A model generated the notes under the pieces. It was not told the origin of the DNA and did not search any database. It worked only from the letters and a program-made list of their open reading frames with translations. 64,000 bases of DNA, taken from positions 7,802 to 71,801 of the forward strand of contig CALVIY010000002.1 of NCBI GenBank assembly GCA_944331955.1. Reading direction: 5' to 3'. How positions within the stretch are numbered: position 1 is the stretch's first letter; every line of letters begins with the position of its first letter. Of the stretch, positions 42,763-52,086 are shown piece by piece. Position numbers and translations under genes: made by a program. This DNA comes from an uncultured Bacilli bacterium. GTDB taxonomy: Bacteria > Bacillota_I > Bacilli_A > RF39 > UBA660.

Positions 42763-43593
42763 CTATTTACTATTACGACGACGTACAATAAATTTGTCTG
42801 TCTTTTTATTATTTCTTGTTTTATATCCAAGAGCAGGTTTACCCCAAGGTGTAAGAGGTGCTTTTCTACCAACTGGAGCACGTCCTTCACCACCACCGTG
42901 TGGATGGTCATTAGGGTTCATAACAGAACCACGAACTGTTGGGCGAATTCCCATATGACGTTTACGTCCTGCTTTACCAAGTTTTACTAAGCTAGCATCT
43001 TCGTTACCAACAACACCAACTGTAGCCATACAAGTACCAAGTACTTTTCTTTGTTCTCCACTTGATAATCTAATCATTACATATTTTCCTTCACGTCCAA
43101 GGATTTGAGCAGAACTACCAGCACTTCTTGCTAAAGCAGCACCTTTACCTGGGCGAAGTTCAATATTATGGATAACAGTACCTACTGGTATATTCATGAT
43201 AGGAAGTGCATTTCCTACTTTGATATCTACGTTTTCACCGCTTACTACTTTATCTCCTACTTTTAGGTTTTTAGGAGCGATGATGTATCTCTTTTCTCCA
43301 TCCATATAGTTAATTAATGCAATATTTGCTGTTCTATTTGGATCATATTCTATGCTAGCTACAACACCAGTGATATCTTTTTTATCTCTTTTGAAATCGA
43401 TAATACGATATTTTCTTTTAACACCGCCACCTTGATGACGAACTGTTATTTTTCCTTGATTATTACGTCCAGAGTTTTTCTTTAGTGTTACTGTTAAGCT
43501 TTTCTCTGGAGTAGACTTAGTAATTTCTTCATTTGTTAGAGTACTCATACCTCTACGTCCTGGTGTAGTAGGTTTATAATTTCTTATTGCCAT
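42763..43593 (-). CDS. rplB: 50S ribosomal protein L2
   Basis: [17 protein letters not shown]. Confidence 0.95.
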   Translation of the reverse strand: MAIRNYKPTTPGRRGMSTLTNEEITKSTPEKSLTVTLKKNSGRNNQGKITVRHQGGGVKRKYRIIDFKRDKKDITGVVASIEYDPNRTANIALINYMDGEKRYIIAPKNLKVGDKVVSGENVDIKVGNALPIMNIPVGTVIHNIELRPGKGAALARSAGSSAQILGREGKYVMIRLSSGEQRKVLGTCMATVGVVGNEDASLVKLGKAGRKRHMGIRPTVRGSVMNPNDHPHGGGEGRAPVGRKAPLTPWGKPALGYKTRNNKKTDKFIVRRRNSK

Positions 43594-43609
43594 ATTTTAT
43601 TTCCTCCTT

Positions 43610-43891
43610 CTAACCAAGATCAATTTGTTCACCATCAGCTAGAGTTACAATAGCTTTCTTATATCTATTTGTAAGTCCAGTATAGCGACCAACTCTTCTT
43701 TTTTTAGGTTTTACATTTAATGTTCTTATTTGTTTTACATGTACTTTAAAGATTTTTTCAATAGCTTGTTTAATTTCAATTTTATTAGCTTTAGAAGAAA
43801 CCTTAAATACATATTGATTTTTCTCTCCTAGAGAACCACTTTTTTCAGTGATAACAGGAGCTTTAATTATTTCTAAGTATTTAGTATCCAT
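43610..43891 (-). CDS. rplW: 50S ribosomal protein L23
   Basis: Conserved L23 sequence. Confidence 0.93.
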   Translation of the reverse strand: MDTKYLEIIKAPVITEKSGSLGEKNQYVFKVSSKANKIEIKQAIEKIFKVHVKQIRTLNVKPKKRRVGRYTGLTNRYKKAIVTLADGEQIDLG

Positions 43892-44518
43892 TATTTAAGA
43901 GCCTCCTCTATCTTTTTAATAGCATCACTTGTCATAACTACTACATCAGAGTTAACAAGATCTAAAACGTTTATTTCGTTAGCTGATATTAAAGCGATGT
44001 TAGCAATATTTCTTGATGCTAAGATTACATTTTCGCTAAAGTCTGCTACAACGAATAGTACTTTTTTATCTGCTATTTTTAATGTATTTAGTAAACTCAT
44101 CATTTCTTTTGTTTTTGGAGTTGTGAATTCTAACTCTTCTAAAACGATTACTTCATTATCATTAAATTTATGACTTAAAGCACTCTTTAATGCTAAACGT
44201 CTTTCTTTACGATTTTGTTTTTTACTGTAATCTCTTGGTACTGGAGTTCCATATCTTCCTCCACCTACCCATTGTACAGCTCTAATTGAACCTTGACGTG
44301 CATGTCCAGTTCCTTTTTGTCTCCAAGGTTTACGTCCTCCACCACTAACTTCTGAACGGTTTTTAGTAGAGTGTGTTCCTTGTCTTAATGATGCTCTTGC
44401 TAAAATAATTGCATCATATAATACTTTATCATTTGGGGTAATAGAAAATATTTCTTCATTTAATTTTAAATCATTTACTTTTTCACCTTTAAGATTTAAA
44501 AGATCTATCTTTTTCATA
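43891..44518 (-). CDS. rplD: 50S ribosomal protein L4
   Basis: Start moved to MKKIDLLNLKGEK (AGGAGG RBS). Confidence 0.93.
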
Positions 44519-44565
44519 CTTTTTCCTCCTTTCACCACTTAAAATTAATTAAATTGTAGTGATGA

Positions 44566-45330
44566 TTATTCGTTTGTTGTTTCTGTAGACTCAGTATTTG
44601 CTTCTTCTACTACTTCTTCAGTATTAGTATTTTCTACTTCAGTAGTAGTTTCAGCTTCTTTCATCTCTTCATAAGTGATTAAGTCTTTAGGTGTATTTTT
44701 CTTACCTGGTTTTTTAACTGCTGTTTTAATTACTACTAGCCCTTCTTTTGGTCCAGGTACATTACCTTTGATTAAAATTACATTATTTTCTAAGTCTACT
44801 GCTACTACTTCAAGATTTTGAATAGTAGAGTTTACATTACCCATTTGTCCTGGTAATTTCTTACCTTTTAATACGTGCATTGGTCTCATTGTTCCTAAAG
44901 ATCCAACTCCACGATGATATTGTGAACCATGTCCCATAGGTCCACGGCTCCCGTTGTGACGTTTGATTACACCTTGGAAACCTTTTCCTTTGCTTACTCC
45001 ACTAACGTCTACAATTTCACCAGCTTCAAATATGCTAGCATCTAATACTTGTCCTAAAGTGTAATCAGCTACATTTACGCCTTTTATTTCTCTTAAGAAG
45101 CGCTTAGGTTCAGTATTAGCTTTAGTGGTATGACCCATTTTTGGTTTATTACTTAATTTTTCTCTAACTGTTTCATATCCTAATTGGATAGCTTCATAAC
45201 CATCTGTTTCATTAGTTTTAATTTGTGTAACAACATTAGGTTCTACTTCAACAACAGTTACAGGAATAAGTCTACCATCAGTAGTAAATACTTGAGTCAT
45301 TCCTTTTTTTCTACCTAAGATTCCTTTCAT
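44566..45330 (-). CDS. rplC: 50S ribosomal protein L3 with ~40-aa acidic C-terminal extension
   Basis: [15 protein letters not shown] core, plus the tail ...[35 protein letters not shown]. Confidence 0.93.
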   Translation of the reverse strand: MKGILGRKKGMTQVFTTDGRLIPVTVVEVEPNVVTQIKTNETDGYEAIQLGYETVREKLSNKPKMGHTTKANTEPKRFLREIKGVNVADYTLGQVLDASIFEAGEIVDVSGVSKGKGFQGVIKRHNGSRGPMGHGSQYHRGVGSLGTMRPMHVLKGKKLPGQMGNVNSTIQNLEVVAVDLENNVILIKGNVPGPKEGLVVIKTAVKKPGKKNTPKDLITYEEMKEAETTTEVENTNTEEVVEEANTESTETTNE

Positions 45331-45347
45331 TTTTAACTCCTCCTATT

Positions 45348-45659
45348 TTAGATTGTTTTGATTTTGATATCGACACCACTTGGTAAATCAAGATGAGCTA
45401 GAGCATCAACTGTTTCTTTACTTGGGTTTTTAATGTCAATTAATCTCTTGTGTGTTCTTCTTTCGAATTGTTCACGACTGTCTTTATCTTTGTGAACAGC
45501 TCTTAAAATTGTGAATTTTTCAATTTCAGTTGGTAGAGGTACAGGTCCTACTATATCTCCCCCAGTTCTTTTAACTGTTTCAACAATTTTAGTTACAGCA
45601 TTGTCAAGAATTCTATGATCATATGCTTTTAACTTAATACGAATCTTTTGTGTTGACAT
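45348..45659 (-). CDS. rpsJ: 30S ribosomal protein S10
   Basis: [19 protein letters not shown]. Confidence 0.95.
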   Translation of the reverse strand: MSTQKIRIKLKAYDHRILDNAVTKIVETVKRTGGDIVGPVPLPTEIEKFTILRAVHKDKDSREQFERRTHKRLIDIKNPSKETVDALAHLDLPSGVDIKIKTI

Positions 45660-45790
45660 TATTTACGTCCTCCCTTCGCCTATATCTAGTATAGACTTGC
45701 TCCGTGTGAATAACCCGATAGCTGATTAACAACTTAACCTGGCGTATCGACAACCTCCCACATCTAAGCAGTCACACGTAATTAATAATA
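45660..45790 (-). promoter_or_regulatory. Structured GC-rich 5' leader of the S10 operon
   Basis: Locally GC-rich segment with long-range complementarity (CGTGTGA ... TCACACG) immediately upstream of the rpsJ RBS GGGAGG. Confidence 0.4.
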
Positions 45791-45933
45791 TCATAGAAAG
45801 CCCCAGAATACAAGCATTTTTTGAAATTTCATTAAATAAAATTCAAAGTTCCCGTTTTAATTAAGATGGGAAATTAGTCTTGTAATCAATGATATTTTAT
45901 AGAATGATAAAGTAATTACAATCACTTAAAGAT

Positions 45934-46080
45934 TTACATTTATCAGGATAAGTAGTATAATATGTAACGTTATTTAGGGGATATGGCAACACTGAGGAGT
46001 GACCAGAGCACTAAATAATGTTATACAAAAAAGAAGGAAATGTCACCTAATGATATATACCTTCTTTTCTTCTTTTTTGG
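45934..46080 (+). ncRNA. Candidate small transcript: consensus promoter (TTTACA-16-TATAAT) to intrinsic terminator, ~110 nt
   Basis: -35 at 45934-45939 and -10 at 45956-45961. AAGAAGG...CCTTCTT hairpin at 46031-46066 followed by TTCTTCTTTTTT. No plausible ORF between them. Confidence 0.35.
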
Positions 46081-46175
46081 TAACTATAAGCGATAAACCT
46101 CAGGGTTTGGGACAGAGTCCCAACATCTACAATATGCTGGCTTATTTGTCATTATTAAAAGGAGTGAACTAAATT

Positions 46176-47393
46176 ATGACAAATTATAGTCAATTAAATA
46201 TTTCTCAAAGAGAAACAATTTGTATTTTATTAAATAAAGGTAAAAACTTTACTGAAATTGGAAATTCTATTGATAAAGATAGAACTACAGTATCCAAAGA
46301 AATTAGAAGAAATAGATATATTAAGAGTAATTTTTATGAACCATTTGATATTAAAGGAATTAATAAAGCAGTAGAAGATTGTAATAAGCTTAAAAAGTTT
46401 CCTTATGTTTGTAATACTTGTCCTAATAAAAACTATTGTAATAAACATCACTTATATTATGATTATAGAGTTGCACAAAAAAATTATGAAGATAAGCTTA
46501 TTAGTTCTAGAACTGGTATTGATATTGATCCTAATACTATTGAAGATATCGAACAACAAATAGTTCCTTTAATTAAAGATAAAAAACAAAGTGTTAATCA
46601 AGTTTATATTAACCATTCTGATATTCTATATTTTTCTAAAACAACATTCTATAAATATGTTGATATTGGTATATTTTCTCTAACTAATGCTGATTTACCT
46701 AAGAAAATTAAATATAAAAAGAGAAAAAAGAATGGTACAAACAAAAACAAGAGAGAACTTTCTTTATTAAAAGGAAGAAAATATGAGGACTTTATTGTTT
46801 ATACTTCTAATCATCCTAAAATGAATATTGTTGAGATGGATACAGTTATAGGAAAAAGAGAAAACAGTAAATGTTTATTAACTTTATATATTAGAAAGAC
46901 ACACTTTATGCTTATTTTTCTTTTAAACAAAAAAGATTCAGCATCTGTTAATGCTAAAATCAATTTTCTAAAAGAAACTCTTGGTATTAAATTATATTCT
47001 AAGATATTTAGAATATTTCTTACTGATAATGGCACTGAGTTCTTTTCTGTTTTAAATTTTGAAAGAGATTTAGATACAGGTAAAAAAGTTTCTAATATAT
47101 TTTATTGTCATCCTTACTCTTCTTATGAAAAGCATGGTGTTGAAGTTAATCATGAATATATCAGAAGAGTACTTCCTAAAGGAACTTCATTTGATAATTT
47201 AACCGATGAAATGGTTAAGTCGCTTCAAGACAACATCAATGCTATACCTAGGGAATCTTTAAATAAAGAAACTCCATACAATTTAACTAAAAAACTTTAT
47301 CCTGAATTAATTGAAAAGTTAAATTGTACTTATATTAAACCAGATGATGTTTCTCTTTCAAAAGATGACATACTTTTATTAAAAAATAAATAA
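46176..47393 (+). CDS. IS30-family transposase
   Basis: N-terminal HTH (LNISQRETICILLNKGKNFTEIGNSIDKDRTTVSKEIRRN), DDE region (NIVEMDTVIG...FLTDNGTEF...HGVEVNHEYIRR). Confidence 0.88.
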   Translation: MTNYSQLNISQRETICILLNKGKNFTEIGNSIDKDRTTVSKEIRRNRYIKSNFYEPFDIKGINKAVEDCNKLKKFPYVCNTCPNKNYCNKHHLYYDYRVAQKNYEDKLISSRTGIDIDPNTIEDIEQQIVPLIKDKKQSVNQVYINHSDILYFSKTTFYKYVDIGIFSLTNADLPKKIKYKKRKKNGTNKNKRELSLLKGRKYEDFIVYTSNHPKMNIVEMDTVIGKRENSKCLLTLYIRKTHFMLIFLLNKKDSASVNAKINFLKETLGIKLYSKIFRIFLTDNGTEFFSVLNFERDLDTGKKVSNIFYCHPYSSYEKHGVEVNHEYIRRVLPKGTSFDNLTDEMVKSLQDNINAIPRESLNKETPYNLTKKLYPELIEKLNCTYIKPDDVSLSKDDILLLKNK

Positions 47394-47809
47394 TATGCCA
47401 ATTAGAGTGAAGATTTAACTATCTTCACTGTTGTTGGCAGATAAGCCAACATCCATAATTAAACTTATTGTACGGGAACTAAGTCATAAAAACGCTTAGA
47501 ATCGTACACTTTTTTGCGTGACCTAAAATTAATTTAGGTAGATATATAATACCACTTTCTTGTAAAAATGCAAGTTTTATGAAAAAAGAACCCTTATTTC
47601 ATGGGAACTTTCTCTCTTAATTTTATATTTTCCAAATAACGGGAACTTTCAATTTAATTTAGTCATTTTTTGAAATTTTTTTGCAAAAAAATTTGACATT
47701 ATCTGTTATCCCTTTAAATGTCATTTTTGATGTTCTTATACTCATATGTCTTTTTTAAGATATCTGTTATTGGTAAATAATTTGGGTAATATAATATTTA
47801 CTGAATGTA

Positions 47810-48331
47810 TTATTTTTTTGTTATATGTTTAGATAATACATATTCTCCATCTTCATTAAGTTCTTTTATTCTATTATAATAATCATAGCCTAATTTTTTA
47901 TAAAACTCGCACCCATAAATTGAGGCAGGAATTAATAATTCAACAGCCTTTATTTGTGATGCATATTCTTCTATTTTTTGAATTAGCACTTTTCCAATTC
48001 CTTGATGTTGATTTTCTAGGCTAATGAAAACTGTTAATATTATATATTTATCTTCATTGTTTTCAATTTTAACACCATACATATCTTTAATGATATCAAT
48101 ACTTGCTGTTCCTACAACTTTTCCATCTTTTAAAGCAACAAAGCATTTAACTCTGTTAGGAAAATTTTTCTTTATTTCATCTTCTGTGAAATGTCTTGCT
48201 ATTTTATCAATTATTTCTTTTCCATAGTCTTTAATATTAATAGTATATAAATTACTTAATATAATTTCAGACATTTCCTTTGCATATTTTTCTTCATATA
48301 CCATTATTTGAATTTGTTCATTATTCGACAT
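47810..48331 (-). CDS. GNAT-family N-acetyltransferase
   Basis: Acetyl-CoA motif QHQGIGKVLIQKIEEYA; 173 aa. Confidence 0.75.
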   Translation of the reverse strand: MSNNEQIQIMVYEEKYAKEMSEIILSNLYTINIKDYGKEIIDKIARHFTEDEIKKNFPNRVKCFVALKDGKVVGTASIDIIKDMYGVKIENNEDKYIILTVFISLENQHQGIGKVLIQKIEEYASQIKAVELLIPASIYGCEFYKKLGYDYYNRIKELNEDGEYVLSKHITKK

Positions 48332-48493
48332 CTAAATCATCTCCATCTTATCTATATTTTAATATTGCAACACATCATTATGTTTAATAATAATTTTTTC
48401 TTTAAATTCAATTTTTTTCGTTTAATTATATCATATATTTTAAATTTTTTTCTATATTTCCGCTTAAATTAAACAATGATCTTAATTCTGAAG

Positions 48494-49069
48494 TCAAATT
48501 GCTAATAGTTCCTCAATATAATTATTATTCTTTCTAATATAATCGAGATAATCAACTGCTTTTTCTTCTAGTAATTTAAAATTACAACTTATTTCTTTGT
48601 AAAACCTAGCTGTTGTACTATTCTTTTTACTTGTAACTATGTCATAGATTTTTTTTGATTTTTCTAATATTTCTTTTTTATTATCTGTTTTATTTATATA
48701 AGAATATTGTTCTGATAGTAATCTTTTATAACCATAGCTTTTATTCTTTATATCTAACAAATTAACACATTCTAATGGTACTGGTATCATATTAGAGAAT
48801 CTAATTATGCCTAGATTATTTTTATTTTTCGTATTTATTATCTTAAAAAAACTTAAATTACTTTTGTATGTTTTATGCTTTTGCTTTGGCGAGAACAAAG
48901 GTGCAAAATAATAATGGTTATCTATTGTAATAACAATGCCAATATAAGGTCTATTTTGATTTTTATTATATGCTATATGTTTATCGAATTCACTTAAATA
49001 TTCGATATAATTATCATCAATAGTATAAAAATTTAATTTTTTCATTTTTAATTTCTTTTCATTACCCAT
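48494..49069 (-). CDS. toxN: ToxN/AbiQ-family type III toxin (endoribonuclease)
   Basis: KLNFYTIDDNYIEYLSEFD...PYIGIVITIDNHYYFAPLFSPKQKHK...FFKI...LGIIRFSNMIPV...LLD...YKRLL follows the ToxN/AbiQ conserved pattern (FYTI..YIEYL.EFD...IGIV...Y.APL.SPK). Confidence 0.75.
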   Translation of the reverse strand: MGNEKKLKMKKLNFYTIDDNYIEYLSEFDKHIAYNKNQNRPYIGIVITIDNHYYFAPLFSPKQKHKTYKSNLSFFKIINTKNKNNLGIIRFSNMIPVPLECVNLLDIKNKSYGYKRLLSEQYSYINKTDNKKEILEKSKKIYDIVTSKKNSTTARFYKEISCNFKLLEEKAVDYLDYIRKNNNYIEELLAI

Positions 49070-49129
49070 ACTCCCCCCTATAATAAAACATAAAAGAGCA
49101 CTTTAATAGCGCCCTATATATTTTTCCGA

Positions 49130-49295
49130 AAACTCGTTTATAGAAATAAAATTCTAAAGGCTCGTTTCTAACCTAATGTTTAATAGGATATTCGTTTATA
49201 GAAGCTAAGTTCTAATGGCTCATATCTAACCAAACAAAATAAATACATAAATTTATGAAAATATTCAAAGGTTTTTATGCTACCTAATTTTGATA
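49130..49295 (-). repeat. toxI: Tandem direct repeats (~58-nt period, ~3 copies), candidate ToxI-like antitoxin RNA, followed by a hairpin before toxN
   Basis: Minus-strand units are GGTTAGATATGAGCCATTAGAACTTAGCTTCTATAAACGA, GGTTAGAAACGAGCCTTTAGAATTTTATTTCTATAAACGA, and a degenerate third copy at 49255-49295. An imperfect hairpin plus U-run at ~49095-49125 lies just upstream of the toxN start. Confidence 0.55.
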
Positions 49296-49309
49296 AACTT
49301 CTTTATCAA

Positions 49310-49350
49310 TATCACTATAATTAGTATATCGTATATTATTTGTTATTTCA
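49310..49350 (-). promoter_or_regulatory. Candidate promoter for the toxI-toxN transcript
   Basis: Minus strand TTGAAA-17-TATACT. Confidence 0.3.
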
Positions 49351-49494
49351 ATACTTTTTTGTAAAAAAATTGATATTTATATCTTATAGAGAGCAGATAA
49401 TGGATAAATAAACTGTGTAAAGAAGTCTAGATATGTTTACAGAAAAAATTCTAAAGATTTTATGTAACTTTTTTTATAAATTCCTTTATTCTTT

Positions 49495-50403
49495 TTATAT
49501 ATACTCATTTAATCTAGCATTTTTTCTTAATTTTCTAAGTGCCTTTTTCTTGATATTTCCGGCTTTCTTTTTGTCAAGGCCATAGTAATCTGCTATTTCA
49601 TTATATGTTAAGCCAGGATAACCATCCATATCATATGATAATGAAATTATTGCTTTTTCAATATCATCTAAACCTTTTGTTGCTTTCTTATAATCTCTCA
49701 TAAACTCTTCTTCTGAGATATCTTTTATATAATCTACATCATATAAATCTTTTCTTTTAATATATGATATTTCTGAAGGTTTTATAGGTATTTCACTTGT
49801 CTCATATTCAAAATGTAGTTGTTTTATCTCATTTCCATAATCATCATATTTACAGTTATCTTTATGGTTCTTAACATAGGCATATATATCACGATAAGAT
49901 AGATGTTCCCAGTTAGCAACGTTTTTAATTACATTTCTTTCTATACTCTTATATACATACTCGCTAAATACAGGATCTTCACAATGCAATACATATTTTG
50001 TACAGTTAATAAGTGCTTCTAAAGCTACATAATATAATCTTTCTTGGGATATTTTTTTATCAAAGAAATCATACCATTTTCTAGTAGCATCAAAAACAAT
50101 ATTCATACATCCTTCAATGACTTTTTTCCTTGATTCTTCACTTAAATGTTTTTTAGTAGGATGAGGATATTTTTTTCTTAATTCTTCTTCCTTTTTAAAA
50201 ATACTATCATCATGAAACATTAAAGCCCATAATCTATCATAAGCAGCAGTATTAACATGAGTATTTTTTCTCCACTCTTCTATCTCCTCATTATATTTAC
50301 GCAAAGTTGCACCTTCAGAACGAAATATTTCTATAATTTCATTTTCACTTAATGAAAATGAATTGTTTTTCCAATCTTCTTCGATAATATCTAAATCAAA
50401 CAT
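49495..50403 (-). CDS. Divergent sigma-70-family protein with ~120-aa N-terminal extension
   Basis: C-terminal region-4-like HTH LTYNEIADYYGLDKKKAGNIKKKALRKLRKN. Region-2-like segment YYVALEALINCTKYV...FSEYVYKSIERNVIKNV. Own promoter TTGATA-16-TGaTATAAT. Confidence 0.5.
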   Translation of the reverse strand: MFDLDIIEEDWKNNSFSLSENEIIEIFRSEGATLRKYNEEIEEWRKNTHVNTAAYDRLWALMFHDDSIFKKEEELRKKYPHPTKKHLSEESRKKVIEGCMNIVFDATRKWYDFFDKKISQERLYYVALEALINCTKYVLHCEDPVFSEYVYKSIERNVIKNVANWEHLSYRDIYAYVKNHKDNCKYDDYGNEIKQLHFEYETSEIPIKPSEISYIKRKDLYDVDYIKDISEEEFMRDYKKATKGLDDIEKAIISLSYDMDGYPGLTYNEIADYYGLDKKKAGNIKKKALRKLRKNARLNEYI

Positions 50404-50511
50404 AGTTAGTCCCCCTATAAAGGATTTACTTGATAAGTATTATATCACTGTCTATTGAAATATCAAAACCTATAATAATTGATGTAATATTATTTTTGAA
50501 AGTTTCTATAG

Positions 50512-50549
50512 AAGTAATAAAAAAACAGAATTATTATTCATTATTCTGT
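50512..50549 (-). terminator. Terminator overlapping the stop codon of the 176-aa gene
   Basis: ACAGAAT-loop-ATTCTGT then TTTTTTT on the minus strand. Confidence 0.55.
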
Positions 50550-51064
50550 CTAACATACTTTTTAGAATTTACATTAATAATATTATAAAAATCATCTTCT
50601 GATAATTGTTCCATTTTTCCATCTGATGTAATTTTAGCATATTCGATACTTATTAGCTTTTCTTCTTTATTCCAACGTCTAGCATTTGTTTCTAGTAATG
50701 ATTTTAAAGATTCTTTTTGCTCTTTGGTTATGTTATCTGGAATATATACTACGCCAAAACCTAGAGACATATCTTGATAGTTATTTGTACTTCTTCTTGT
50801 TCCTAAAAATAAAGAGTACCCTAATTGCCCTAGTTTACTGATTGCTTCCATGGTATGAAGTTTATCTTCTTCAGTTGGATTTTTTCCTTCTAATAAATGA
50901 TAAAAACCTCCGAAAGACATACCATGGTCAATACCTGAGCTTATAAAGTCTCCATTTTGTGTAATAAGATAGCCGTTAGCAAGTATGGAAATAAGTGATT
51001 TGTCTTCTTCTTCAATGAAAAATGTTTTTTCATCTTTACTTTTAAACTCTAACATTTTTTTCAC
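50534..51064 (-). CDS. Hypothetical protein (176 aa), no recognisable motif
   Basis: Long ORF with its own terminator; divergent from the PHP gene. Confidence 0.45.
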   Translation of the reverse strand: MKKMLEFKSKDEKTFFIEEEDKSLISILANGYLITQNGDFISSGIDHGMSFGGFYHLLEGKNPTEEDKLHTMEAISKLGQLGYSLFLGTRRSTNNYQDMSLGFGVVYIPDNITKEQKESLKSLLETNARRWNKEEKLISIEYAKITSDGKMEQLSEDDFYNIINVNSKKYVRQNNE

Positions 51065-51173
51065 CTCTTCAACGAATATGTTTCATATTATATCATAAAT
51101 TCACTAAATTTTAAACTTTTTTACTATTTTAGTGTTAAAATATTTTATATTATTATTTGAGGTGAATTTTATG

Positions 51174-52064
51174 AACAGACTTATAGATTTACATATTCAT
51201 AGTAATTTATCTGATGGAGAATTATCTCCTAAAGAAATTATTGATAGAGCAGTTAATAATGGGATTAATGTTATTGCAATAGCAGATCATGATACAACTC
51301 TTGCTTATAATGATGAGTTATTTAATTATGCAAAAGAAAATAATGTTAAATTAATTACAGCTGTAGAAATATCTACTAAATATAAGGGAATAGGTATTCA
51401 TGTATTAGGATATAATTTTGATATTAACAATAAAAAGTTTACTGATAAGTTATACTCGATTAGAAATGCTAGGCATATTTATTTACATGATGTTGCGACT
51501 AAATTAAAAGAGTTTGGTTATATCATTGATGTTGATTCTTTAGATAAAATTGATGCTGTTACTAAAGCTCATATTGCTCTTAATATTATAGGAAATGAAG
51601 ATAATAAGAATTTATTATTAAAAACTTTTGGCCATATTCCTAGTAAAGGTGAATTTATTGAGACACTAATGAATGAAGGATGTCCTTGTTATGCAGAAAA
51701 GGAAGCTATTAGTCCTAAGGAAGCTAGTGATTTAATAAGAGAAGCTGGCGGCAAAGTAGTTCTTGCTCATCCTGTTGCATATAAATATGAAGATGGCTTA
51801 ACTGATGATGACATATTAAATCTAGTTAAAGAAATGAACCCTGATGGTATTGAAGCTAATTACGTTTATTTAGATAGAAATGGTAATAAAATCAATGAAA
51901 GTACTCATTGGAATAACTTTGCTAAACATCATGATTTAATAACGACAATAGGTTCTGACTTTCATAAGAATGACGGTATTCATTCTGACATTGGTTTAAT
52001 TAATGAAGATATTGTATTAAATGATAATGAGATTAACTATATTATTAATAATCTTTTAAAATAA
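51174..52064 (+). CDS. PHP-domain metal-dependent phosphoesterase (TrpH/YciV-like)
   Basis: Start moved to MNRLIDLHIHSNLSDGELSPKEII (GAGGTG RBS). HxH...AIADHD...LAHP PHP motifs. Confidence 0.75.
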   Translation, partial: NRLIDLHIHSNLSDGELSPKEIIDRAVNNGINVIAIADHDTTLAYNDELFNYAKENNVKLITAVEISTKYKGIGIHVLGYNFDINNKKFTDKLYSIRNARHIYLHDVATKLKEFGYIIDVDSLDKIDAVTKAHIALNIIGNEDNKNLLLKTFGHIPSKGEFIETLMNEGCPCYAEKEAISPKEASDLIREAGGKVVLAHPVAYKYEDGLTDDDILNLVKEMNPDGIEANYVYLDRNGNKINESTHWNNFAKHHDLITTIGSDFHKNDGIHSDIGLINEDIVLNDNEINYIINNLLK

Positions 52065-52086
52065 AGAAAGTGCATAATAACACTTT

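Larger units (their letters stand above)
45824..47678 (+). mobile_element. IS30-family insertion sequence; candidate boundaries given by imperfect inverted repeats
   Basis: GAAATTTCATTAAATAAAATTCAAAGTTCCCG (45824-45857) is the inverted match of CGGGAACTTTCAATTTAATTTAGTCATTTTTTGAAATTT (47641-47678); ~22 bp match with 2 mismatches. The implied length (~1.85 kb) is longer than typical IS30 members (as recalled from memory), so the true ends are uncertain. Confidence 0.4.

Noticed and set aside
46119-47460. Alternative, shorter IS30 boundaries using the ATAAGCCA(A/G)C segments near the transposase ORF ends
   Set aside because: Alignment of the candidate left and right ends gives only a ~10-nt imperfect match; the 45824/47678 pair is clearly better, though still uncertain.
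49041-49069. Alternative toxN start at the internal Met (MKKLNFYTI), which aligns better with the canonical ToxN N-terminus MKFYTI
   Set aside because: A G-rich RBS (AGGGGGG) sits directly before the first ATG while the internal ATG has only a weak GAAAAG; the longer form is kept, but the true start is unresolved.
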